From contig OX597814.1 of NCBI GenBank assembly GCA_951406725.2, positions 132,184,001 through 132,248,000 on the forward strand: a stretch of 64,000 nucleotides of DNA, in the 5' to 3' direction. How positions within the stretch are numbered: the first letter of the stretch is position 1; the number at the start of each line of letters is the position of its first letter. A model generated the notes under the pieces. It ran no database searches and was not told the origin of the DNA. It saw only the letters and a program-made list of their open reading frames with translations. Below, one piece after another: positions 29,327-41,098 of the stretch. The translations under genes were made by a program, and so were the position numbers. The DNA is from Octopus vulgaris. Taxonomy: Eukaryota.

Positions 29327-29790
29327 CTCCTTATACATAGTTTGGCCACCTCCTGTACCTACAACTTAGCTCCATCATGGCGTCTGATGTAGCTTTATAA
29401 ACCAGACTGTTCTGAAAAGACACCCACATAGATTGCATCTCTGATTTAGACCATCAAGACCTGCAGACAAGTTCTGCTCGTTGTGGATTTTAACATGTCC
29501 TTTGAGGCCTCCGTTGGATTTGCAAACCTTCTGGCATACACTGCATTCAAAGGTGTGTACAGACATATAGGCAGAATAGTTAGTGGAGATTCTATGCGTT
29601 CGTAGATGAGATTTGAGGCCAGTAAAAGACAAGCATGGTCTGTCAAAGACTGTACACACAAAAAGGTCATTGTCATTCACTTTCCCGATCGTTATATTCT
29701 TCCTTAGATCTCTTTTAAGTCTTACTTGCATCATCCTGGCCTCTTCAAATGCTTTCACTCCACTCCACACCTTTGTTTCACCATCCAACT
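29314..29790 (-). mobile_element. RTE-type LINE 3' end with tandem C2H2 zinc fingers
   Basis: W..GVKAFEEAR...KRDLRK is followed by C..(F)..GLKSHLRTH, CSVC..GLKGHVKIH and CNLC. This matches the RTE ORF2 C-terminal pattern and is followed by a short 3' UTR and microsatellite. Confidence 0.7.
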
Positions 29791-29972
29791 CGATCCCAAG
29801 CGAGGGCTTCTATATCTTCTGGAACTATTCAAAATGACTTCATAGTATAGTACAATATATATATATATAAATTAGAGAAAAAAAACTATTATGCAATTCA
29901 AACTAATGATAGACATAAACCAAATCATAACTAAAAAATAAATTATATGTGTGTATGCATGTATATAGAAAA

Positions 29973-30051
<79 letters not shown>

Positions 30052-30054
<3 letters not shown>

Positions 30055-30339
30055 TGGCGGACTGGATCTAAAAATATTGGTTGCTGGGAGACATGAGGCC
30101 TACCCGCAACTACAATGCTATCATTTAATTTTATTTTTGTTAAAAGTATTCTTTTCAACTGTCTACAAACACAGCCAGGCTGAAATAATAAATGCATTCT
30201 TCCAAGAGAGAATAAACAATTCTCAAAGTTGAGGGGATGCGCCCCTTAGATACTAACATGGACTCCTATATATGGATTTTAATGACGCAGGGGCCCACTT
30301 GCCATCGGGCAAGCTGGCAACCTGGCCAATCCGCCACAC
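30052..30339. mobile_element. MITE (hAT-like TIRs)
   Basis: CAGTGGCGGACTGG ... CCAATCCGCCAC termini within (TA)n. Confidence 0.6.
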
Positions 30340-30499
30340 TATATATGTATATGAATATATATATATATATCACCGTGATCACCGTGACCGACCAGGTTAT
30401 CAGATGTTGTTACACATCGCTGATCACAATGCGCTTCGCATTGTTTTAGCCTTCAAATGACGCCACCCCGCTGGCAAAGCGAGCAGGCCAATATATATA

Positions 30500-31990
30500 T
30501 GCCCCAAGCCATGTAAGCAAGTTTAAAGACTGCCTTATAAAAATAGAAGAAGTTCTAGTCACATTAGAACAACACATAAGTGTACTTCTTATGGGAGACT
30601 TCAATCTGCCCAATGTCAGATGGTTCGAGGGCCTTCCTCTCCCAGGAATGACACGATGCGAACGAGGACAGGCGAGGTCCCTCCTGAACCTCATCAACAC
30701 TCTGTACATGGAGCAAATAATACTCCAACCAACCAGGGCAGGTAACATACTGGATCTCTGCTTCACAAATAATATACATCTCATCCATAATGTGAAAGTG
30801 ACACCGACACTACTCTCGGATCACAACATGGTAGAGCTGACCATGTACGGGCCAAAGGAAAGCATGGACATGCATTCTACAAGAAACTCTCAGAATCTTT
30901 CCAGCTTGAACTTCCATAAGGCAAACTGGAAACAAATTGAGAAAGAGATCCTCAAACAAAACTGGCCTGAATGTCTCTCCTCACCAGACATCGACATGAA
31001 ACTTCAACAATTCATGTCTGTAATGCAAGCCATATGCTACAAATGTGTCCAAGAGAGAAAGGTCACTGTACACAAGAACAAAATCCCCAGAGATAGGAAA
31101 ATTCTAATGAGACGGCGTACAAAAGTTTCAAATCGCCTAAACAAACAAATTGAAAGCAGTGAAAAGTCCCGCCTGAAAACAAAAGTGTTGGAAATTGAAA
31201 AATGTCTGCAACTCTCCCATGAAAAAGCAAGAGCAGACAAAGAAGCCTGGGCTATAGACAACATAAAATCTAACCTAAGAGCTTTCTACAGGTATGCCAA
31301 AGAAACAGCTACGGTGCACTGTAAGATAGGGCCACTCCTTGAAAAGGATGGCACACTCACAGGAAGTCCAATGAGGATAAGTGAAATATTAAATGAGCAA
31401 TTCAAGAGTAATTTCACTCCACCCCTAGGGCATTTTCAAGTCAGCAATCCAACTGACTTCTTTACCACTGCAGATGTAAAATCAGAGGCAGCGATGATTG
31501 ATTACATCAATATAAAGGAAGACGATGTAATAAAGGCTATAGATGAAATGAAAACAAACTCAGCTACTGGCCCCGAAGGTTTCCCAGCAATCCTAGAAGG
31601 ACTTGTCCCAGACTTTGGCATCGAGAGTTACACAAATGCTAGAACTGGGCGCCACTGCATAGTGCCAAGGACTCCAAATTTGCCATCAAGATTTAGGACA
31701 AGATACTGTGATAGCCTTGGCTTCAGAGGCCCACAGCTCTTCAATATCCTCCCGAAGAACCTGAGAGACCTGCATGTAGATGTCTTTAAAATAAAACTGG
31801 ATTTCTTCCTGTCAGGTGTCCCAGATGAACCAACTTCACGACAGGAGGTGCAAATGAGGGCAGCTGCATCGAACTCTCTCATGCACCAAATGGCAATTGC
31901 TAAAAAGCATTCATGAAGTAAAATCATGTAGCAACACCAAATGGCGGTGCCCCAGCATGGCCACAGCTCGTGAGCTGAAACTAGATAAAA
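30500..31990 (+). mobile_element. CR1/L2-type LINE with in-frame deletion of the RT domain
   Basis: APE C-terminal motifs GDFN, PTRAGNILDL and SDHN; linker NLRAFYRYAK; pre-RT SATGPEGFPAIL joined directly to C-terminal EGLVP...GPQLFNILP...FKIKLDFFL..VPDEP; intact 3' tail. Confidence 0.88.
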
Positions 31991-33109
31991 TTTTAAAAAA
32001 ATATGCATACGCACGTGTGTATAATTTGAGCGTGTTTGTATTTCTTTATGTTTTCGTATGTTTTATATATAAGTGAATGAATGACATGTTTTGTTTGCGA
32101 GCTTTTAAGAACATCATTAATTATTCCTACAAGCTTGAATTGGCTTTGAAGAAAATCAGTGCATAAAACGGCCCAATAAAATCGTTGATGAAAATGCGCA
32201 TTGTTGTCGCTATTATAAGCCTCTTTGACAACAGTTTATCTCCTCTTATTTGTAATGTCTTCCTGCACATGACACCAAATATAAGCTGATTCCCCGAGCT
32301 AACTAAATAAAATTTGTCACAAACTCCACAATGGTTATACAATCCATGCAGCATAAATGTTTTTTTTTTATCTCTTTGAAAGGCTGAAATGATGGAGAAA
32401 CTTCAATTGTGGATTACATGGAGGGCAACGGGCAAGAAATAACTGCTGATTTGTACGGAATAAAAGAATGTCAACATTTATAGTAACGACACATTCATAG
32501 ATAGACAAATTAAAAGTGCACAATCTTCAAAATGAAAACAAGAAGAGGAATAACATCCCGGAAATGGTAGAAAAAATCACAAATGGTGATTCAGAGCACT
32601 CTACTTCGGATTGCGCCAGCACAACAAAGGCAAGTACCCTCACCAAATTCGTGTCACCCTCCTACAGCTGTTTAGTGCAGGTCCATTTGACCAAGCTAAT
32701 TACATCACTCTCACCACTCTTCATAATGGTTACTTCCTCTATATCTTCATCTTTCACTTCTACTCCCCATTCCTCCAGCAGTGGTACTAGAAAAAGTTGG
32801 GATTGGTTTGAGAGAATTATGTCACTTATCAAAGCTTTATAATGTATCAACACCATTATTGCACCTTCATTTTCATATGCACAAAACGGAGGAAGATTAA
32901 CCATTCATCGTTTCCAAAGGAATATTGTAACTCAACCTGCACACTAGACTCAATGGATATCCAAACCCATTCTTATACGCTCTAAACGTTTTGTCTTGCG
33001 CAATTATGATTCAGCTCGCTGCCTTAACATAAATATTAATATTAGTGATAAACATTATTTACATTATTTACATTTGAAGGAAATTTGTCCTCATCTTGTT
33101 TGTTGTTAA

Positions 33110-33151
33110 CACAACGTTTCGGCTGATATAGTCTCCAGCCTTCATCAGGTG
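33110..33151 (-). ncRNA. Ultra-minimal hammerhead motif (PLE-type)
   Basis: Minus strand: CAC-CUGAUGA-A-GGCUG..CAGCC-GAAA-CG-UU-GUG. Stem III is reduced to the palindrome AACGUU. Confidence 0.65.
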
Positions 33152-33222
33152 ATTTGGGGAAATTTCGAAGCTGGGTTCTAATTCCTAAGGTATTTTTCGA
33201 TGTTATAATTATTATTATTATT

Positions 33223-33746
33223 GAGTGAGAGAGCAGTGCATGACATCAAAGTGATACTGGTAGAATATACGAAACCCAATATACCCATTATGAATACCCG
33301 TCTGATAAGGGTACACAAGGCATATGCATCGCAACCATATGTACGCAACATGGTGATCTCATATCAAGATAAACAGTGCATCACCTTGCAGGTGGGGCCC
33401 AGTTAGAATTTCTTTCTGGTCAAGTAACCCATCCCGCTCAAAAAGTCCCTGAATAAGGGTTGTTTAAGGATGTTGAACGAAACACCCATGTTTCCAGAAG
33501 TATATTATTCAAACCCCAAAGAATCTCTCTCAATTCATGGCTATGATGCTCCCCCACTACTTCTGTTCGTGATCAGAGATGCACATATCGTCAGCCACTA
33601 AGGGACATGCTCAACTGGTTAAGGTCAAACAACTGACAAGCAAATCTGTGGTATTGAGCAGAATATTTGCTGTAGCCCATCTTTTATACCAATCAGTTAA
33701 GATCAGACGCCACGAGAGCCACTGCCTGGTACTGCATCAGGGCATT
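33223..33746 (-). mobile_element. Near-full copy of the AAT-associated repeat (family of 1-480)
   Basis: Reverse complement of 1-480 and 2761-2910; bounded by (TTA)n and (TTC)n(TTA)n. Confidence 0.8.
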
Positions 33747-33771
33747 TTTTCTTCTTTTTCTTCTTCTTCTT

Positions 33772-33873
<102 letters not shown>

Positions 33874-33904
33874 TATTGTTATTATTATAATAATTATTAT
33901 TCTA

Positions 33905-33984
<80 letters not shown>

Positions 33985-34013
33985 TATTATTATTATCATC
34001 ATCATTATTATTA

Positions 34014-34057
<44 letters not shown>

Positions 34058-34060
<3 letters not shown>

Positions 34061-34275
34061 TAGTTTTATTTTTATAGCGTGCTTTCATTTCACTACCGAG
34101 CGCAGCTCTGTGTGCCTTGGGTATGTGGTGTGATTTGTTGTGGTGCTCTGATGGTTACTGTATTGAAAGTGTTTTGCGCAGGATGTGTGCAGTGCCCAGT
34201 AGTGCAATTTTCTGTATGTTATATGTGTTTGTAAGTCCTGGTGTTTTTGTTATGTATTTGTCTGAATATTTTATT
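34058..34275 (-). mobile_element. R4/Dong-type LINE 3' end in (TTA)n
   Basis: Near-identical to 54488-54700; encodes ..IQKIALLGTAHILRKTLS. Confidence 0.85.
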
Positions 34276-34276
34276 A

Positions 34277-34330
<54 letters not shown>

Positions 34331-34341
34331 TTATTATTATT

Positions 34342-34406
34342 CAGGTCACTGCTTGGAACTCAACTCGGATTCTTGCGGTTAGTAGCCCGCGCTCTTAACC
34401 ACTACG
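34342..34406 (-). mobile_element. Short tRNA-like retroposed sequence attached to (AAT)n
   Basis: Minus strand CGTAGTGGTTAAGAGCGCGGGCTACTAACCGC...GAGTTGAGTTCC...CTG|AATAAT. Confidence 0.55.
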
Positions 34407-35087
34407 TTGTATTAGTGATGAAGTTTGATCATGTGTATGACTAATACAAGAATGAAACTATATCCTGCTTACCTGAGTTCCTCCCACACTGTAGTTGTCG
34501 TGATGTAGGTCAAGTGATTTCCTTATGTTTTCTGATAAGTGTTACATTGACGTCCGATCATATAAATCTAAAGGTGTGAAGTTTCCTGTTGTTACCTTAC
34601 CGTCTCTTTAGGTGCTAATGTCCTTCCATCTATTCTCTTAATATTATGCATATCTTACTCCCAACATATCATATAGGTAAATTCAGTGCGGATAATCATG
34701 TGATCTGGCAGTTCAAGTGCACATAGCAGACGATTCCCGTCTGCCAAAATATATAAAGGTGTGATCTTTTGTACATCATGCTTCCATATGAGAGGAGAGG
34801 ATCTCACAAGGTGAATACAGCAGTATTCAGAGTTCTGACAGCATTATATCCAAGTTAAGTTGGATGTAAATTTTAGTACTGATTCTGTCAATAATAATCA
34901 TTACAAAAATGTGTCACTTTGTGAAAACTCGGGTCTAATTTTTAAAATATATTCCTGTTACCATTGTCTGTCCCATGTCGAAGTGAACCCTTGATATAGA
35001 GGAGAAAGTTAAATAAAGTGTACGTAGCTATAAATCCATCTTCTTTGTCTGTAACTCACTTTATGTAAGCGCACACAAACACACACG

Positions 35088-35155
<68 letters not shown>

Positions 35156-36619
35156 AGTTTTTTTAGAAAACAATTCTTGATATCGTTGCAATATTTGAAG
35201 AAAGTTCTCCTTACATTAAAAATTATTACATATAGGACAATATCTTCACAAACAGATTGATAAGTGCCGCGTGGAATTAAATTCTCAGGCTGAGTTAATC
35301 GCTTCCTGTTGTTCTCAGATTTTGAAAAATATGTTATAAGGTAAACCGTATAGAGTTAGTTGCTTTTTGCTGACTATTTCCGGTTTAGCTTTGAATTTAG
35401 AATTCTAAAATATTCTTCTTTTGTTTTCGTTATGAAAAAAAAAAAAATTCTGATTTTCAATTTGCACAATTGTCCAGATGTTCAAGTATGTGACATTTCT
35501 AAGTGGTGAATCTTTGGTTCATTGCTTGTTTCCTAAATCCAACTTATCAATTTTGATACTGTTTCTCTGATATAATTCTCATTGCACTGTGGGCATTTGG
35601 TGCATTAAATGACATTTTTTTGTTGCTTTTTTGAAATTAGTATTTCATTAATTTTCAATTCTTTCCCATCCTCCTCCTGCAACTTCGAAAATCTAAATTC
35701 GAAAATTCTAACGCCATAATGCAGAAAGAAATCAATCAGTGAGCGAACGAGCGAGACGATACAAGAAAACCTAGTAGAGTTATGGAAAATCGACATAGGA
35801 AGCTAGGAAATAAACCAAATAAAAAAAGCTACAAATGGAAATCTGGTTACAACAATATGAATGTAGTTAGGGAACATATTTGTGAAGAGAAAACATGTCT
35901 TAAAAATACAGACCTTGGCAACAAAAGAAGAAGCCATAATCCCCTCCGTAATGATATACAAATCAGATCAAGAAATATTCAATGAGCGTATAACGATAAT
36001 ACTGTACATATTAACAAATGGAAACCCTTCATTCAAAGGCATGGAATACAAAGTGTACAAATAACTCACAAAAACTTAAAGAGAAAAAGGAAACCAGTTT
36101 TTGGAAGCAGATGTTTCGAATAAATACGAAAGAAAACTCCAATGACATCAACCTTTTGGGAAATACGGAACCAACTGATCCAAAACCTCATGAAATATAG
36201 AAAACTTGACCTGAGTTCTTCCAAAAGAAGGATTACGAGATACAGTTATGTTATGTGGAAAAGAATTTATAATGGTTTTGAAATTGTATTCTAATGTTCT
36301 TTATAGCGAAATATTTTGGCAATATCTTAACTATGTTGTATATTGTATACATGCTAATTAATGAATTATTTCATGATATTTTACTTCATAATGACTTCAA
36401 TGTTAAATGTAACAAATTATAAATATACTGCGCATATTAATTCAGTATCCACTGGCTTCTCATGAGCTAAATATGAAAATGATATTTTCTAAAAATCTAT
36501 GTAGGAATTAAATCTTGTTATGTAAGTCTTTTTAAAGTCTTATAAAAACAATGACCGAGAAATCTTAATATATAATTTTCCTTTCTTGAACATGTTGGTT
36601 ATATTTTCGGAGCAATTCA

Positions 36620-37700
36620 GATCAGATCCAATGTAAAATATCAATCAATTTGAAAGTCCGATACAAAGCCTGTCTGGTGTAACCCCTGCCAAGAAACTTT
36701 TCCTTTTGACTGGAATGGCTCTTGCTGAAAGTAACAAGCCAGCCCTTGGAGAGCAAAGAAATTCTTTTCCTCATGTCGTACTGCGGGAGGAAATTAATAA
36801 GAGCCTGGTTATGTGGATTACCACCCAGGAACCGAGGCGGGTTGGATTGATGATACCATCCGGCGGGGACTGAGGGGTAGCGGGCCCAGGCTCTTAAATG
36901 TAAAGGTATCGCCGACGGTCGATTTGGAAGGGTCAAAGGCAATTTTGACCCTGTGGACCCTATCGGCCGCAACAGATCTGTTTTTTCTAAAAATTTTTTA
37001 AATGGCTGGCTGCAGATATCCGGTGATACTTGAGGGACGTCCCCCCAAGTGTTACTCGTGCCTGCAGCCAGGCCACATTAAAAAGAACTACCCCCAGGAC
37101 CATGGTAAGGTCCTGGAACAGTCACTGGAAGCCACCTCCCCTACCCGGTGAAACCAAAAAAGGATTAAAAAGGAAGAAAGCGGGCAACAATGGTTTCCCG
37201 CCGAAGGACCCTAAGGCTTCGTGAAGTGGGGGAGAGACTCCGAACAAAGCGGAAGAGCTTCACTCTCCCGAAGTCAGGAAGAAAATAAAGAAAAGAAAGA
37301 AGAACGGGTCATTGCAAGTGGACGATGATGTACCGTCTGCATGTCCCGAAGTTGTGCTACCCATGGTAGAAGAAACGACACCCACCCTTAAAGATGAAGA
37401 ATTACTTATATTTTTCTACAAGAGCGGGGAGGTGGAAAAATAGTAGAAGAACATAAAGAGACAGTAGATATGACCATCACATGGGATCCCGAATGGCCTC
37501 CGTAGATAGCTGTGGAGGTCATAAGGTTCTCCGTGGGGGAAAAGCTTAAAAGATTTAAAGAGGAATGTCGCATATGGCCGAGTGGCCCTAACACAACATA
37601 TACCTTGTACATGAATGAGGCATGGGAAATGGCGGGGTACAGGAACTCAAGCGGCATTGAAGATAATGATGGATATATTGGTGGATGAGTAGGAGGTGAA
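36620..37700 (+). mobile_element. L1/Tx1-type LINE ORF1 (gag-like) relic
   Basis: Manual translation PVILEGRPPKCYSCLQPGHIKKNYP (~37020-37095) is a CX2CX4HX4C knuckle with its last Cys mutated. Upstream SYCGRKLIRAWLCGLPP/GTEAGWI. Confidence 0.7.
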
Positions 37701-37944
37701 AAAAAAAGCCTCGTTAGAGGGTTTGAAACCTCATCTTAGTGCATTATTTGTAGTGGTTTATAACCTCAATTGTGAGTTTTTAAAAAAAAACATTTTAAGT
37801 AAGAGGTTTTAGTGCCTCCTTTTGTAAGAGGTTTGAAACCACACATTGAGTTTTTAAAAAAAGAAAATATGTTTTCGAGAAAAATCCAATTGGTGGGTGT
37901 TGGTTTCGTCTCTCATTTATTCATTTTTATTTCATTTTCATTCA

Positions 37945-38290
37945 TTAATGTGTTTGTCCAGCCCGCGGCTACTCTGTATACTGCCCTTATGAAATAAAGT
38001 AACAACCAGCGCTGATTTACGAGAATAAAACTTTCCCAATATCTATTGTTTCTTCTGATGTAAAGCATGAATAGTTGACCTACATTTGACATTTGATTAT
38101 AACCCAAGATTCCACAGTTTTCCCGCCATCACGTAGTGAGGTAGTATGTCGTTGTAAAGATTGGATGACTGCATTCATGAATATGTGATTGTATACACTA
38201 CAATGTCTGTCCTGAAATGTATAAGTGAATGTGTTGATAGACTGTACGTGTGTATACGAAATGAAATTGAAGAAGTCATATCCTATTGAA
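37945..38290 (+). pseudogene. IL17: IL-17 pseudogene
   Basis: Manual translation ENKTFPISIV...E*LTYI*HLIITQDSTVFPPSRSEVVCRCKDW / HEYVIVYTTMSVLKCISECVDRLYVC aligns with DKTCPTSIG..NRSTCPWYLKVIYDKNVYPPLRTEVVCRCKHC / HCVEVFTDMYVLNRTEACVDGLYVY. It carries stops and a deletion. Confidence 0.88.
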
Positions 38291-38460
38291 CAGTCGATGT
38301 CATGTAGGAGAAAATTATATCTAGAGCGTTCAAAATATTACATAAAAAACGAACAAGGTTTGTCATAAAGAAAATGTCATTGAGACATTTACTTTCTATA
38401 TAAAATGCTCCTGCTTAATGTCTTTGTAGTCATATATGCATCGATGAACTCGAACACAAC

Positions 38461-38518
<58 letters not shown>

Positions 38519-38634
38519 ATCCTCTGCAAGTGTGCGGAGTAACTGTGTAGCAGGAAGTTTAACTTCTCAAGTTATTTTTATTGCCATATTTTATGACATC
38601 ACAAGGCCACACAACTTCTGTAACGATTGTTCTA

Positions 38635-39236
38635 GATATTTCTTTACTACCCACATGGGGCAAAACATAGAGGGGACAAACAAGAACAGACAGAGGGATT
38701 AAGTCGATTGCATCGATCCTAGTGCCTAATTAGTACTTTATTTATCGACCCCGAAAGGATGAAAGGCAAAGTCGACCTCGGCGAAAATTGAACTCAGAAC
38801 GTAGCGGCAGACGAAATACTTATTTCTTTACTACCCACAAGGGGCTAAACACAGAGGGGACAAACAAGGACAGACAAAGGGATTAAGTCGATTACATCGA
38901 CCCCAGTGCGTAACTGGTACTTAATTTATCGACCCCGAAAGGATGAAAGGCAAAGTCGACCCCGGCGGAATTTGAACTCAGAACGTAGTGGCAGACGAAA
39001 TATTATTTCTTTACTACCCACAAGGGGCTAAACACAGAGGGGGAAAACAAGGACAGAGAAGCGGATTAAATCGATTAGATCGACCCCAATGCGTAACTGG
39101 TACTTATTTAATCGAACCCGAAACGATGAAAGGCAAAGTCGACCTCGGCGGAATTTGAACTCAGAACGTAGTGGCAGACGAAATACGGCCATGCATTTCG
39201 CCCGGCGTGCTTGACGTTTCTGCCAGCTCGCCGCCT
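38635..39236 (-). mobile_element. SINE family C with triplicated body, flanked by 16-bp TSD
   Basis: One tRNA-like head (~39185-39236) and three ~181-bp units containing GCCGAGGTCGACTTTGCCTTTCATC. TSD TGTAACGATTGT(T/A)CTA at 38619-34 and 39237-52. Confidence 0.88.
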
Positions 39237-39484
39237 TGTAACGATTGTACTATAATAATAAGTTCTGTAAGACTACAATCGATTCGATCAAACATGATGT
39301 GCGCGTGTAAATTTTCAGTGTTGTATCGATGAACGTGAATTGTAATTCTTTGGTGAATAAATATTTCGTAAGAAGTTTATGAACTTCTGTATCAAAGGTA
39401 ATTGATGGGTTACCAATCACAGTTTGTTGACAGTATATATGGAACATATTTTACACAAAATATATGGTCAATTATATAGAAATT

Positions 39485-39988
39485 ACAATAATAAATCTCT
39501 GAGCGAGATATAAACAGTAACTGCTCTATAACATAAGGGGGATCAGCCATCTGAATGTGGCTAGGGTCAGGGCGGGGTAATGGGGGTGTTACTGATGCAT
39601 TTAGCCCCTGGCGATCATCAACGTCACCAGAAGGGCTGACACCATCTCGGTGTCCTTGCCAGCCTGCAAAGGGAGATCAGCCTCCCCGAAGATACGGATA
39701 CTACATACGGACCGGTTTCGAGGTATTTGCCTCTTATCAACGCATGGTAAGCACCGTTCTTCGTTGAGGGACTTCCTCTACAGGCTGGATATATATGGAT
39801 TTTCACAGTAACCACAGTCACTGATGTAGAAAAACCGTTCGACAACAATAATAAATCTCTGAGCGAGATATAAACAGTAACTGCTCTATAACATAAGGGG
39901 GATCAGCCATCTGAATGTGGCTAGGGTCAGGGCGGGGTAGTGGGGGTGTTACTGATGCATTCAGATGGCTGATCCCCCTTATGTTATA
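39485..39988 (-). mobile_element. Retrozyme/PLE pLTR-like unit: 360-bp period direct repeat with terminal inversion and hammerhead
   Basis: 39485-39601 matches 39845-39961; 39958-39988 is an inverted copy of part of the repeat; HHR at 39704-39746. Confidence 0.8.
39704..39746 (-). ncRNA. Minimal hammerhead motif with decayed core
   Basis: Minus strand: CAUGCG-UUGAUAA-GAGG..CCUC-GAAA-CCGG-UC-CGUAUG. 6-bp stem I, palindromic ACCGGU; two core substitutions relative to CUGAUGA. Confidence 0.7.
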
Positions 39989-40129
39989 TAGAAATTGATT
40001 TCTTTTTATGTGCGCAGATCTATTTTTCATTTTAATATTTACATGATATATTTAACTGGTGCGCACTTTTGACTAAATTTTAACTGTTCTGTATATGTTT
40101 TTGATTCCGCTGAAATTTTCGACTACTTA

Positions 40130-40156
<27 letters not shown>

Positions 40157-40183
<27 letters not shown>

Positions 40184-40420
40184 ATCCAAACAAGAAAACA
40201 CAAAAAAACACAACAATGCGAGGACGTGGAACAAATATAGTATTATTGGAAGCTCAGGAAAGAAGGGAAGAAGGAGGGTTTAACGTTTTGAGCGGAGCTC
40301 TTCGTCGGAAACATAGTAGAAGGAAAGATCCAGAGAAGGGAAGACAGAGGAAAAAAAATCGACAACGGTACACACGAGGTCACGTTTTGAAAGACCGGAA
40401 GGAGAAAGGGTGAAGAAAGA
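40157..40420 (-). mobile_element. TA-anchored non-coding element with hammerhead-like motif (copy 1)
   Basis: Diverged inverted partner of 42180-42449; partial third copy at 43490-43575. Motif at 40282-40308. Confidence 0.7.
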
Positions 40421-40914
40421 TGTTTTCAAAGACAGAAGTGTTTTCAAAGACAGAAGAGTAGAATGATCAAAGACAAGCGAATGTAGGAGGGGGAATGTGT
40501 GTGTAAATGTGGATGTGTGCGTGCGCGGATGTCTACATGTGCGTGTGTGTGTATGTGCGTGTGTGTGTATGTGCGTGTGTGTGTATGTGTGTGGTTGTAG
40601 CTGTAAACAACAGACTAGTAGCTGTCTAGTTTGTAAGAATAAAGTGTGGTGTTTTTGTCTCTTCCACAGGTCAGTACAATGAAGTATGTGTGTGTGTGCG
40701 TGTATGTATATGTATCGTGTGTGTGTTTTGTTTGTAGCGTGTGTGTGTGTGTATGTGTGTGTTCGTGTGTGTATGCGTAAAGTTTGGGTGTGTGGCGACT
40801 AACTGTGCTTTACTTAGTGTATGTGTGCGTGTGTGCTTGTACGTGCGTATGTGTGTATATATATATATATGTATGTATAATTGTGTGCCGTATATATATA
40901 TATATATATATATA

Positions 40915-41098
40915 TTGATAAAAATGGTAAGACAACAAAAAGAAAGAATCCTCGATATTATGTAAATAGAGGAATTTATCTATAAATGTAATATGTGACA
41001 ATTATTCGGTAGCCATGGCGGCGTGGATTTCCACCTCGGCATCCGAAACTCGGAGTTTTATCATGGCTACCGAATAATTGTCACATATTATATTTACG
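40915..41098. mobile_element. TA-anchored hairpin element (family shared with 60890-61130)
   Basis: TGTGACAATTATTCGGTAGCCATG ... CATGGCTACCGAATAATTGTCACA inverted repeat. The flank matches the reverse complement of 61020-61130. Confidence 0.8.

Noticed and set aside
29375-29788. Host C2H2 zinc-finger gene
   Set aside because: Lacks TGEKP linkers, and has an RTE-like preceding helix and a LINE-like tail.
38640-39183. Regular repeats resembling a CRISPR array
   Set aside because: The units are ~181-bp SINE bodies without unique spacers, in a eukaryotic context with no cas genes.
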